A stretch of DNA of 64,000 nt from Thraustochytrium aureum (Eukaryota). Below, piece after piece: positions 1 to 13,018 of this stretch. The DNA is taken from positions 87,745-151,744 of the forward strand of contig BLSG01000260.1 in assembly GCA_012862495.1 (NCBI GenBank), in the 5' to 3' direction. Positions within the stretch are counted from its first letter, which is position 1. Every line of letters starts with the position of its first letter. The position numbers and the translations under genes are program-made. The notes under the pieces are model-generated. The model searched no databases. It saw only the letters and a program-made list of their open reading frames with translations, and was not told where the DNA came from.

Positions 1-863
1 CGAACGGCCCGCTCGGCCGTGCGCCTCGCCTCAACTCGAAAACAGCAAAACAGTTCTCTCTATCACGGGACAGGGCTTGCGAACTCAGAGCGAACACGGT
101 CCCGTGCTTGACCAAGCAAAGCGCCCCTGCGAGCGCCACAGGAGCATGACGATGGGCTGCGCCGACGTCTACAAGGCCACGAACACACTCGTTCACAGCA
201 GGCCCGAGGATGACCACGACAGCAAGGGCAACGCGCTCTGCAACCGCGATTGGCGAGTCCCACAAAAGGTTAACAATTCCTGGACTTGGAGCTTTCCTCC
301 TCGATGAATGGATAGGTATAATCTGCTTCCCCAAACACAACAAGCCACCCACTTTGAGCACCCCGGCTCGATCTCGGCCTTGCCCTGCACCAAGGCTTGT
401 TGCTCCAAGTAGTCACGCTGAAAGCAGATCTGACTCCATCGTGCACAACTTCTTGGCCGTAAAAGGCCGACCACGTCTTCCGACAACGCAGCAAACCCCC
501 AACAGAGACGCCTCTCTAGAGCTAGAGGATGGCGGCCAATGCAAGGCGCGAGCCAACACGGCCAACTGCCAGGGGCGCTGCCCTGTCGCAGGTGGGAGGG
601 AGCGAGAGAAACGAGTTCAAGTCGGTTGCAGATCTGCGTCGGCGACCCGACGCCACAGCGCGCACGACGCGCTGGCGGAATCCTAAGGCCCCAGTGGACC
701 AACCCTTGCCGTCGTCCTCAGCCTCTCTCGTAGCGGGTTGAGCGCTTGCTTTATAAAAACCGCCGCCCAGCACAAGCACGGCGAGTGCCGACTGGATTTC
801 GAGCGCACAGGTCGCACAGGCCGCACAGGCCCAAGCACGACCGCTCAAGCAGCTCGGCGACAG

Positions 864-1824
864 TCAAAAGCTCGGGAACAACTCCGACTTTTTCATCCTC
901 ACGTTTGCGACCCGGTCGCTGCCGGCAGCGTGAACCGTGTCGGCGTTCCGGTCGGTAAAACATTGCGCCTTGTAGAGCTCGTGCAGCAAGTACAGCGCCC
1001 CGATGCGGATCTTGTAGTCTGGTTTGTTGAAGAGAGTCTCTGGGAGCGGGCAAATGTGCGTCTTGACCCAGTCACCGCCATACACCTTCGCGAGCGGCGC
1101 AAGCTGTTTGATCGCTGTGAGCCGGATAGTGTGGTTAGAGTCCTGCAAGGCTTTCTGGTAAAACAAAAGCCCCGCCGCCTGCGACGTCCAGACCTCGCGC
1201 GGAAGGCACTGCGCCGCAATGGGGATTGCCCGGACTGCCTCGTTCTTCGTGCGCCAGCTGAAGACAGCCATGCAGCGCGCCTCCACCGAGGTGCTGCAGC
1301 TGTAAATATTCCGAATCACCTCGAGGCGCTCCGCATCGGGGAGGTCTCTCACCACGCCGTCCTGGAAGAAGGTCCGCACAGCGTCGGTGCGGACTTCCGC
1401 CTCCAGGTCTGCAACGATGACCTTGTTGAGAAATCGAGCCACGTCCGTTGGGTAGCTGCGCGCAAGCGGTGGGAGCGAGGTCAGCGCCGCTTTTCGCACT
1501 TCGTTGTCTTCGTCGTCGATAAGCTTGGCCAGCAATGTGGTCGCAAACGAGTCGCCTGCAACAGCGAAATGGCGCACAGTCTTGGCCGCCTCGGCGCGCA
1601 CGTCTGGCTCCGGATCGGTGAAGAGCTCCAACAAGATCCCTCGCAAGTCGTTTAGTGTCTCTGCTGTTGCCCCAAAGGCCGCGCCCCCAGGCAGTGCAGC
1701 CCCAACGCCGCCTTGTCCGACACCGCCCGGCGCGCCGTCAACGTCCATGTCTTGATTCCCTGAACCACCAGCCTCGCCGCCTTCCAAGGACGCGCTCACG
1801 GCGCCCCCAGCGCTGTTGCCGCCA

Positions 1825-1862
<38 letters not shown>

Positions 1863-2804
1863 GATGCTCGAGAGCGACCGGGGAGGGCCGGAACCAGTTG
1901 GCGGATTATGCCCAATGACATTCCCGAAGATTGCGTCGACCTGCCTGGCAAGCGCAAGGCGGGCCCGCCAGCTTGGCGAGTGCACCAGCTGCTCTCTAAG
2001 GAAAGCAAGACGGTGCTGTCGGTCTTCCACGCAGGCCAAAAACGTCCCCAAGCAGTGCTCGATTGCCGCAGCCTGCACAATGTCGTCGGGGTCGACCATA
2101 AGGTCCCGGATGGAGGCCAGTTCGATGCCGCGAGAGCGAAAGTCGACGTCACAAGCCCCGCTGGCGCCGTACGGCCGCTTTTGCGGGCCACCAATCCACC
2201 CCAGGCTTTGGGCCACCGCAGCGCGCACCTGCGGCACCTGATCTTTGACCAGCCGGGCCACGAGGTCAGCCTCCTGTTCCGGCGAAAGCCCTGTCCGAAC
2301 GGGCAGCGCCAAGAGCTCGCACACCGAGACGCGCTGGAAAAAGCTCTTGTACCGGGTTGCGTCGCAGAGGTAGGGCAGCAAAAGCGTCTCCTCGCCGCTC
2401 GCCATCTGCGCGTCGGCTTCCACGGTTGCGGGCTCGAGTTGCGGGATCTCTGTTAAGGGGTCGAGAACGAGAGGCTGGCCTCTATTTGCATGCTGCACTA
2501 CGCTCTTCACTGCTGCGCGCCGAACAGACCGCTCGGGGTTTTCCAGCAACCACACCAGGAAGCCGAGCGCCCGCTTTGAACCCCCAAACTCTGCTTCACC
2601 AAGCGAGACAGCCAGCTCGTGCAGCACCGCATCGCTGATCTCAGTCGGGAGCAGGCTCTCGGCGAGGCAGCTCAGCACGCGATCCGTCCCAATCTCGCGC
2701 GCGACGAGGTGGCTGTGCCGCACGGCGTGGCTTCGAACGCCATCGTCGAAAAATTCGGAGACTTCGTCGCGCCAGAAAGCGGCGACCGAGTCGTCGTTCG
2801 ACAT
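864..2804 (-). CDS. HEAT-repeat protein, divergent PP2A scaffold subunit A (PR65)-like
   Basis: 646-aa ORF with HEAT motifs colinear with PR65 (DAVLHELAVSLG, SWRARLALARQV, DPEPDVRAEAA, DEDNEVRKAAL, DRVANVRM). Ser/Gly-rich insertion in the middle. The C-terminus may be frameshifted, and the start lies next to a gap. Confidence 0.7.
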
Positions 2805-4091
2805 GGTCCCGACNNNNNNNNNNNNNNNNNNNNNNNNNNNNNNNNNNNNNNNNNNNNNNNNNNNNNNNNNNNNNNNNNNNNNNNNNNNNNNNNNNNNNNN
2901 NNNNNNNNNNNNNNNNNNNNNNNNNNNNNNNNNNNNNNNNNNNNNNNNNNNNNNNNNNNNNNNNNNNNNNNNNNNNNNNNNNNNNNNNNNNNNNNNNNNN
3001 NNNNNNNNNNNNNNNNNNNNNNNNNNNNNNNNNNNNNNNNNNNNNNNNNNNNNNNNNNNNNNNNNNNNNNNNNNNNNNNNNNNNNNNNNNNNNNNNNNNN
3101 NNNNNNNNNNNNNNNNNNNNNNNNNNNNNNNNNNNNNNNNNNNNNNNNNNNNNNNNNNNNNNNNNNNNNNNNNNNNNNNNNNNNNNNNNNNNNNNNNNNN
3201 NNNNNNNNNNNNNNNNNNNNNNNNNNNNNNNNNNNNNNNNNNNNNNNNNNNNNNNNNNNNNACCCACGAGCGAGTACTCTACTCGAGTACTGTTATCTAC
3301 TTACGCATGTTTCGCAGGGACCCTCCTTGGCTTTCGAGCAGCCTGCGTGGTCGACGACGGACCCTTGTTGCAACTATCTGTACCCCACGGCACATGGCAC
3401 GTCGAAGCCGTTCTCGTGTGCTCGAGTATCTGGCTGTGCGCGACGACGACGCGAGAGCCAAGAGACACGCCACGAGCAAGATTTGATTGAATGTAATGCA
3501 GCATTTTCCGGCAAGGCCTTCTTCCCTTTTTCGTGGTTCAAGCCACTGAGGCTCGGGGTGGGGCTCGCCGCTACCTGCTCGCGCCTTCGCATGCTTTGCG
3601 GCCCAGGCGACTGCTTTGAGCCGCAATTTTTTGTCACAGCGACACGCCCCTGCTGGTGCTGCTAACCTACTAGGAGTGAGGCTCGGCAGCGCCGCTTCGT
3701 TCGTTTTTGGAGGTCGCGCCTCCGGTCCACGCAGAAACACCACCAGCCGCATGGACGGAGCAATCAACTTGACGAGGACGATGTCGGCTCGCGCGCGGTC
3801 CACGCCTGCCCGTGCTGCAAGTAAAACGTGGTCGATCGGTTGGGTCGGGGTTCGTTGGTTTGGTCAAAGATGGCTGCGACGTCACGATCGTTCAGCCTTC
3901 ATCGATCGGCTGTGTGCTGGTTTGCTCGTCAATGATCGAACGATGCCCGCGGCATGACCGTGCATGAAGCTTGCATGACTGTTTCTTTACTTAGTTAGAA
4001 AAGTAGAGTACCCCTACGAAACCGGTCGAAAGAAGCGCATCAAGTGTTTCTTGCGAGGCGGTTGGTTGGCCCACACAACTGCGGCCCGTTG

Positions 4092-7000
4092 TCAGCGACG
4101 ACGCGATTTGGCCTTGCGCGAGGCATGCCGGCGCGAATCCAGCAGGTCGAGGATCTGAGGCACCTTACGAAACACCTCGGTCGGCAGCATCAGCAAGAGA
4201 GAGGACGATTTTTTGAGCTCCTTGTCCATGCGGTTGACTGCCCGCAGCGAGAGAAGGTGGCCAATCACGAGCAAAGCAAGCAACACAAAGTTGCCAGAGA
4301 TCCGGTCCTGCACGAGCATGTCGACCTCCCCGTGCAGTTGAGAGATATAGTTCGTTGTGGCCAGGCCAAGGGCCTCGATCATGAGCAAGTGTGGAAACAG
4401 CGGGCCGAAGGTGGCTTGAAGCTGGGCCACGGCATCCGCGTCCCCGCGCTGAAAGGCCAAGTAGATGTGGCGGGCCAGATCCAAGTGGCTCTCGAGCGCA
4501 AACAGCAGCCCGTGGCGAAGGTCCTCCACGCCAGCTGCTCTGACATCGCCGCCGCGAGCGTACGCGATGCACTCGCTCGTACACGCATCGCCGTAGTACA
4601 AGCCATACTGGGAGCCCTCGATATCCGTAAAGGGCTGCAGCCCAATCGCTTCCTGGCCGTACAAGAGCCGAAACGTGCTGTCCTCGATAAACTCAGCCGC
4701 ACGCTCAAGTTTGGCGCCAGCTGTCGCGTTGACGACCTGACGGCGCTCCCACGACCAGGGCGTGGGTGCATGCAGCGCCCAATAGTGCAGAGCGTCCCGA
4801 TGGGCGAACCGCGAGCCTGAAACATAGGTCGCGCTCGACAGCGAGCGGATTGCATGTCGGGTGCTGACATGCCGAAGCTGCATGAGGACCACAAAGCCCA
4901 TCACGAACCAAAACGAGATGCCAACCTGGACGACGGCGCTGGCCAAGCTGTACAACGAATGCGTCATAGAGTCAGCTAAGATGGCCCGCCTCTTCTCCCC
5001 GGCGGGCTCAACGCGCCCCGTGCGCCGCGTCATGGAAAAGGTACGCCTTAGCTGCGTCACCGGCGCGGCAACTGCAACGCGCTTTGCCGGCCCGCCCGGG
5101 CGCACTCCCGCCAGTTTCGCAGATTCTTCGCCGTCTTGCTCAGCGGCGGGGTTCTTTTCGTGGCTGTAGGCGAGCTCAAGCTCCTCCTCAAGGTCGGGCC
5201 CCCCTTCGGCCTCTTCGTCGTCCGGCTCGCCGCCAGGTCCAGCGTTTTGGCTTTGCTGAAGGACAAGAAGACGCCGCTCGCTGCGCTCCTGGAGCAGCTT
5301 GCAGATCGTGCGAGGGATCGCTATGAACGCCTTGCCAACGATACCCTTGCGCCGTCTGTGCGATACGAACACTGGGCCGTACCCATACAGGAAGGAGAAC
5401 ACCAAAAAGCCCCCGAGCACTGCGACCGACACGAGGTCAAACGTTTGCAACCGAGCAAAACCCTCCGTCGCCCTCCTGTCAAAGACCGCCGCGATTTCCA
5501 GAGCCGCGTCAAAGACCTGGTGCGGTCCGTTGTTGAGGATGTAGCGGCACGACTCTGTACAGACCGCCCGCCCGGAATCCTCGCTGAGCAACTTCTCCGC
5601 GTGTCCCACAAGCTCCAAAACCGCGACCTGGTAGCTCACGATGCGGGTCTCGCCTCCCTCCAGCGCAGTCTCAAGCCGCGGCAGTTCAAACAGCAGGTTC
5701 NNNNNNNNNNNNNNNNNNNNNNNNNNNNNNNNNNNNNNNNNNNNNNNNNNNNNNNNNNNNNNNNNNNNNNNNNNNNNNNNNNNNNNNNNNNNNNNNNNNN
5801 NNNNNNNNNNNNNNNNNNNNNNNNNNNNNNNNNNNNNNNNNNNNNNNNNNNNNNNNNNNNNNNNNNNNNNNNNNNNNNNNNNNNNNNNNNNNNNNNNNNN
5901 NNNNNNNNNNNNNNNNNNNNNNNNCCTCGTGTGTGGATCGGAGCTCGGCAACCTTGTCGCGAAAAAGCGCAAGCGTCTCGTTCCGGGTGTAGTCGACTGG
6001 AGATCGGTCCGATTGCGATGTGTAGACCGTAAGCACGGACACCAGGGCAACCAGGTGGCCGGCCTGGTGCATGGCTTTCGCTGCGTCAGCCTCCGCGGCA
6101 AGCAGCGAAAGCAGTCGGTGCTCGACAACCGTGTGGGCCACCATGAGGCCGCAGATGGCAAAAATAAAGTACTTTGCAAACCGCATGAATCGGAACAGCT
6201 GCGGATCGCGCCGGTTCATGTCCCGCAGAATCTTGTTCTGAATGGTCGCAATGTCAAGACGATTGTCACCATACGCGCTCGATCCAACCGAGCCACGGTC
6301 TCCGACTCCACCTACGCCATGGGCGTTCGAAGGGCTGCGCGGGCTTCGAGGGTTGCGGAGCTTGTCCGAAGCGAGGTTTGGCGAAAGCAAAGGCCGCTGC
6401 AACAACGCCTGCGGCGACTGCGGCTGTGCCAAAACGGGACGCTCGTGGGCGCTTTCAGACGAGACGGCCTCGCTACTAGAAGGGACCGGAGCAGCAACGC
6501 TGCTGCCTTCGGATTCGGCGCCGGAGCAGCTGCAGTCACTGTCGCAGTAGCTCTGTACAGGTGAGGCGTCGCTATCTGCCCCACTTTTCTCGCTGACGTG
6601 GTGCGGAGAGCTCGCCTCCCCCTGATGCTCGTGCGAAGCTGCAGCAAAATTGGGGGGGGCAAGCTGTGCAAGGGGCCGCGCGTGGCCGCGTTCGCTCAGG
6701 CTGTTCAAAACTGGGCGCTCGACAACGTCAAACTTGATCATCAGCACCACGCACGGGACACCGGGGCGCGAAAAGTCTTGCTTCATGACGCGCATTTTCA
6801 GCGCGTGGCCGTTGCAGACAACCTCGGCTTCACCTTTGTACCGAACGGCGCCGTCCGCCTCGAAAAAATCTGGCAACACGTCCGAAATGTGAACGTTGAG
6901 CGTGTACAGGTCGTGCTCGTCAATGCCTAGGATGAGGTGGGCATTTTGCGTGCACGCAGTGATGACCCCCGACACCGCATCAACGAGCACGTTGTGTTGC

Positions 7001-9031
7001 GTGTCCGGGACGCGAACGTCAGTCCCAATTTTGCCTATGAGAACGAGGTCAGAGTTGGCGTTCGTGCTCGGCGTGAGGACAAAGTCGATTGGCATGATGT
7101 ACCCGCGGCGGTGGATGCCAAAGATCCGGCGCGTCTGCGTGGAGAAGCCTGTGTCGTTCTTCATGAAGTGGCGCAAAAAGTCGTCGTGCAATTTGTCAAA
7201 GGGGCTTGGCATGATGACGTTGACACTGCGACCGACGAGGTCTGCCTTGGCATAGCCGAAGAAGGAGCACATTGCCTCGCTGGCGTCGAGGATCTGCCCG
7301 AGCGAGTTCCAGTTGCCGCTTATGGTGCAGACCGCGTAGCCCGCAGAGTGAAGGCCGTTGTTCTTGTGCTGGATGCCCTGTGTGATCTTTTCGGCCTGGT
7401 CGCGGTCGTTCATGACGTAGTGCAGGTAGGTGGCGTACAATCGCTGACCCTCGACGTTCGAGTCGGACATCTTGAGCAGCTTGGTGAGGTGGAACTTGCA
7501 CTGGGTCGCCTCCTGGTGCACGCGCGCGCCGTCTGCGAGGAGCTCGCTGAGCTTGCATTCCCCGCGCGCCACCTTGCGCCAAAAGTGCGCAACGTACTTT
7601 AGCGTCGTCTGGATGCTGCTCCGAGCAAGTTCCAGGTGGAGGTCCAGCGCCATAAACGACACGGCGCCGGAGAGGTTGTGTTGGCGCTCCTCGTTGATGC
7701 GGTTGTGCGAGTACAGGAAAAACTCGGTGTCGAGCTGCATCGGATTCTGCCTCGCCTGCTTGATCAGGTTGAGCGAAAAGATGATCTTGTTGCCAGCAGT
7801 GGTCGCAATGGAAGCCACGTAAAGCAGCAGGAACGCAGAATTCGGGAGCGCGGCCACTGCGCGCCTGTAAGACTCCTCGGCTTCTCCCGAAAACTCGAAC
7901 GGCGAATCAGACGGCTGGTAAAGGAGCCGCAATTTGAGCTCAGCCACGTACGGGCTCTGCATGGCTACGGCGTCAGCGAGGGCCGAGACACGCTTGCGAC
8001 GGTGTGTGACCAGGACCATGGAGGAGAACACGAAAAAGGGCAGCGCCACCGCAAATACGCACATCGCCGCGAGGTCGTTGGGGTCGTTCACGAAGAGGGC
8101 GATAAGACCGCACAGCGAGGCCCACAGAAAGATCGCGTTGCAAGCGATGCTGTACGAGTTCCACCTCATCCGATAGAACGGTAGGTAGAAAAGGTACGCC
8201 CAAACGATCGCCGTGCCGCCAGCAACAAGCAGAAGCGTCAAGGCCGTTTGGATCGTCACCGAGGGCAGCTCGGCGTCTGGGGTCGGCGCTCCCACCAGCG
8301 TCACTGCTCCCACGAGCGCGGCGCGAATCGCTGTCGTGGCTCCTTCCACCCGGCCGTGCGGTGCCGCAAACAACTTGAGGTTGCGCCCTTTTGCCGCTTT
8401 CATATGGCACGTGGTGGATAACCACGAGCGCGGTGAACAAAGACAAAAACGAGTGCACGATGAGGGCCGTGATGGCCAGCCCTTGAACCACGCTGACGGC
8501 CGCCGCGCTTGAGCTCAGCAGTGAGGGGGAAAGCAAGTCGGTCCCTGCGCCCCGCCGGATCGAGCGGCAAAGCAAAGCAACGATGGGTTGCTGGAATATG
8601 GTTTGCTGAAGGCGCAAGCTCCAGCACGTGACCGGAATAAGTGCGCCGTGCTTCTTGGACCGCGCAACGGCGTCCGAGCCGAGGGCCACAATCGCCGCCA
8701 CTGTGAGAGAGAGCCAAAGCAGAACCGTCGAGACGAGGACCAATTCGGTGACGCCGGACTTGAAGGGCCATAGTCCAAAAGATAGACCAGCAAGCGGATT
8801 TGTCACAGCGTTGAGCAGCGCCGGCGACCAGGCCAGCCCCAGGTAGGGTGAAAAAGGCAGGTATGCGAGTTGCATCGAGCAAATGAGCGTACTGAGCAGG
8901 AAGAAGCGCTCGCCCGTCGTGTTGCGCTGTTTTAGCTCATAAAATGCGCCGAAGAGGCCGAGCTTGGCCACCTCGATGGCGCGGTTGCTCTGCTTTTCGG
9001 CGCCTCCCGCAGCAAGGGCCAGCGTGTCCAT
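4092..9031 (-). CDS. Multi-pass membrane PAS-domain protein (TmcB/TmcC-like)
   Basis: Joins ORFs 7973-9082, 5686-8403 and 4092-6179 (frameshift near 8390, gap 5701-5924). N-terminal TM bundle with AAPHGRVE, helical region, PAS domain (CSFFGYAKADLVGRSVNVIMPSPFDKLHDDFL...HRRGYIMPI), further TM helices, C-terminal LLLMLPTEV. ATG at 9031 (MDTLAL). Confidence 0.75.
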
Positions 9032-9855
9032 CGCCCCGGCCGCGCCAAAGCGATGGCGCCTCGGCAGCCGCGAGGCCAGCAAGCTCTTGCCCCCCGCGTG
9101 CGAGGGCGACTAGCGAACGGCTTGGACTCGACTGAACCTGGTGGGGCTGGCTGCACGGGTCGGCGCGCCTGCCGGACCGGCTGTCTGCTCTTCCCCAGTT
9201 GCGCGCTCGCTCAAGTCTGCCAACTGGTGATTGAATGGCCGCTTCAAAGCGCGCGCCCTCGCCACGCTGTTGACCTCACTGGAATTGGGCGGTGACTTGT
9301 CCGATTTGAGGAAAAAAACCAAACTTGCTTGGGCGCATGAATCACCTTTGAGTGTTGCGGAGGCGTCACACAGCGCCACAGCAGCAGGGAGATGAAGTGC
9401 AAGCGCGTTTGCCTCCGACACCATGATAGTCCCAGCCTCCAGCGTTCAACGCTGAGCGCATAGCTGCCGCAGTTGCCCGTGGCTGCCGGTCGATGGCAGT
9501 AGCGCTTTCGGCATTCCAAGCATTTCAACGGAAAAGCGCACCTGCACACTGCATCCGTTTCACTGCGCAGGCTTTTTCGAGAGTTGCGACGGCTGGTAAC
9601 CGGCCACCGCGCACCGGCTGAACGGACTCGGGTTCTTCGGTTTCTAGAACGAACGGCGGCGTTGTCTCGCTTGGGATCACTTGGACGTGCGGCTTGCGAC
9701 AGATGCGACACCGGGGCCAGCCCCTGCTGATGAGCAAGCCGCAACAAGCTGGCTTCAGAGCACAATTCGCAGCAAAGCAGGGATGCACATACATGTCCGT
9801 TACAAAAGACCCGTTAGAAAACGCTCCACGTACGACCTTGGTCCGATGTGGCCAA

Positions 9856-11971
9856 CTACTGGGCGACGGCGGCGGTGGGCTCGGGCGCAGCCGGCACAGC
9901 TTTGTCTGTGATATTCAGCACGCAGGCTACGCCGCTGCGAAGCTCGTTCAGGTGGTGGATCCAAGCCACTTGCTTTTGACTCAGCCGGTCGTTCTTAGAC
10001 TTGACTTCCACAAAGCGGGTCTCAAACACCGCCGCAGCGTCTAGCGCTCGAGAACAGCTCTCAGCGACGCTGTCGTCCTGGCCCCCCCTGGAGGTTGGCA
10101 GTTGAATGCTGTTCCCCTCTGCGTCGAAGGCGCGGTACAGAACAAGGTCGGGCCCACCCCGCCCCAGTGACGGTAATCCAGCGCGAGTCGCTGCAAAACC
10201 CCAACGAGGACGACCCCCCCCCATCCCTGCTGCAATGCATTCGATCCCCGGCCTCGAGAAGCGGTCCCATCGCACGCCGCAAACCTGAAGCCCATGGTTG
10301 GCAGTCCAGGCCGCGCGAGCCTCAAGCGCAAGCTCGCCCGGACTGGCGCAGCGCAGCCTGGCAAATATCGAGTCGATCAGGGCTTGCCGATTTGCGTAGA
10401 ACAAGCCACGCGTGTGGCCCAGGTCGAGTGGCGCAGACTGAAAGGGGGTCTGGAACACGTCAGGGACGCGAGCGAAAATGGCGTCCCACATGAAGAGGGC
10501 AAACAACATGCGGAACACGGACCCTTCGCAGTGCTCGCCGTTCCATCCGCCGGTGGCCTTGTAGTGCTCGAGGGCGAACTCCTCCACGTTGCAGTGAAGA
10601 TTGCCTTCGTCTTGTGCGCTAATGTACAGGCAGCGTCCCGGGCCAGCGGGAGCTCTCTCGGCGGCCTTGCCGCGGCAGCTGCTCGTGGGCCGACCAGGTG
10701 CTTGCGACTTGGACCGCCGGAGCAGCGGCGCACCTGGCGAGATCGACGGTCCTGCCAACGACGCGTCGAGACCAGCCCTGCTCGTCGCGTTTCGCTCGCG
10801 GCCAAAGATTGTCTCAGACGGCACCTTGTCCTCAGATGCAGGGGATTGCAGCGCTTGCAAGACCTGCGCCGCGTGCGGCAGTTTGGGCCCGTTCCGGCGA
10901 GCAAGGAGAGTCTTGAGGCGCTTTTGCCCTTCAAGGCGATGCGCCGAGTGGGGCCCAACGGAAGCGTCGAGAAGGCACGCTACGCAAGCCTCTGCCGCAG
11001 CGACAAGTTCGCCACTGTGCTTGAGGTCCACCGCAAGTCGATTCCACCAGAAGCCTCGACGGCGGTGATGCGCGCTGCAAGCGGTGTCCAGGAGACGGCG
11101 CCACAGCGCTGCAGCTTGGCTGAATGCTTTGCTCTTTTCGACAACCGTGATAGCGAGCTCGGCGGCCTCGCAGAGCACGCTGCCTGCGTCAAACCCGTCT
11201 AGGGCAGCCGCGGGCTGCGGATGCGCAGACGCGGACTGCCACGCAGCGTACTCGTCTAGGTAGTCCAGTAATAGGGTGGCAAAGTCCGCGCCCTCGACGC
11301 GCAAAGCGCGCAGCCCGCCGAGGTCCGCAGCGAGCGCCTCGAGCGACGGCAGGGCCACAGTTCCTGGCTCAATGCATGCATCACCGAGCGACAAATCAAT
11401 CACGGTCACGCAAAACGTCGGCCCCGTCGTTTAGAGCCACCTGCGAGACCTCTGGCGCTTTGCTGAACCTCGGTTGGCCACACTGCGGTTTAGTTGCGCT
11501 ACTCCCGTGCTCGCTGCCGCCCATCGCGCGGAGCTCGGCATCCGACCGGAGCGCGACGGCGGCCTCGTAGAGCCGAAAATGCTCGCGCGAGGCGAACACG
11601 AAGCTTGGCTCGCAGGTGTACGGGTGGAAGCGCAACTTGCCGAACTTGGCCAGGAGCCCTGGCGAGAAAAAAGCATCTGCTTCCGAGCCAGCATCCTGGC
11701 GGAGCGTCTCTGTATCGCGGCCGTGCCGGAATGACGACCCGGACGCGGTGAGGTAGTACAGCGAGAACGCCCGCGTGATAAGCGCCTTGACCTCTGTGGG
11801 AACTGCGACGAGGCGAGATTCCGCCGCGGCCACCACTGCTCGAACAAGCGGAGGCGTCGCCCCGAACACGGTTTGCTGCGAGCGCGCAGCGCGCGTCAGT
11901 GCCCTCAAGGCCTCAGCGCGAGTGCAGTTTGGCGCCGCAGAGCCTTTGGCGACCTGCCTGAGCACGTTTTG
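9856..11971 (-). CDS. FAN1: Fanconi-associated nuclease 1 (VRR-NUC), 5' partial
   Basis: RRGFWWNRLAVDLKH, NVEEFALEHY...GEHCEG, VPDVFQTPFQSAPLDL and the PD-(D/E)xK core GPDL...FVEVKSKNDRLSQKQVAWI. Frameshifts near 11400 and a compensating pair at about 10155-10225. The 5' end runs into gap 11972-12560. Confidence 0.88.
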
Positions 11972-13018
11972 NNNNNNNNNNNNNNNNNNNNNNNNNNNNN
12001 NNNNNNNNNNNNNNNNNNNNNNNNNNNNNNNNNNNNNNNNNNNNNNNNNNNNNNNNNNNNNNNNNNNNNNNNNNNNNNNNNNNNNNNNNNNNNNNNNNNN
12101 NNNNNNNNNNNNNNNNNNNNNNNNNNNNNNNNNNNNNNNNNNNNNNNNNNNNNNNNNNNNNNNNNNNNNNNNNNNNNNNNNNNNNNNNNNNNNNNNNNNN
12201 NNNNNNNNNNNNNNNNNNNNNNNNNNNNNNNNNNNNNNNNNNNNNNNNNNNNNNNNNNNNNNNNNNNNNNNNNNNNNNNNNNNNNNNNNNNNNNNNNNNN
12301 NNNNNNNNNNNNNNNNNNNNNNNNNNNNNNNNNNNNNNNNNNNNNNNNNNNNNNNNNNNNNNNNNNNNNNNNNNNNNNNNNNNNNNNNNNNNNNNNNNNN
12401 NNNNNNNNNNNNNNNNNNNNNNNNNNNNNNNNNNNNNNNNNNNNNNNNNNNNNNNNNNNNNNNNNNNNNNNNNNNNNNNNNNNNNNNNNNNNNNNNNNNN
12501 NNNNNNNNNNNNNNNNNNNNNNNNNNNNNNNNNNNNNNNNNNNNNNNNNNNNNNNNNNNNTCAGTAGCCCTTGCCACCGCGCTGCAGCCTTGGCCGCTGT
12601 ATGCTCGCGGCGGCGCGGCCGTGGCGGCATGGAGGTCTTCGCGCCGCTCAGGGCTCTGGCGTCCGCCATCCCGTTCGCGTTCTGCAGCGTGCGTCCCCAA
12701 CAGGTTGTTGGTTGATCGTTTTCACCAAGATCAAGATGAATGAGTACGGAGTACTCTTCTACGAGGGGCAGGCGGAGGGAGGCGACTGCGGGCACAGCCT
12801 GGCTGCAAGACGCGCGTGGGAGGGGTGCAGAGCGGTGAGATAAGTTAAGACCTTCGATTTTGTCCGCAGGACCGCTGCGGCGGGCGGCAGAGCGCAGGAG
12901 CGGGCTAGGCCAGCAGGGGACTGCGCCACGAAGGGAGAGCGTGGCACGCGTTGCGGTCAAGCCAATGCACTGGCGACCCCGGCAGGCTGGCCGGCTAGCT
13001 GGCTTCCGAACTGCGCGT

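Noticed and set aside
1..740. Possible 3' end of a plus-strand gene (stop at 307)
   Set aside because: Open frame only, with no motif to support it.
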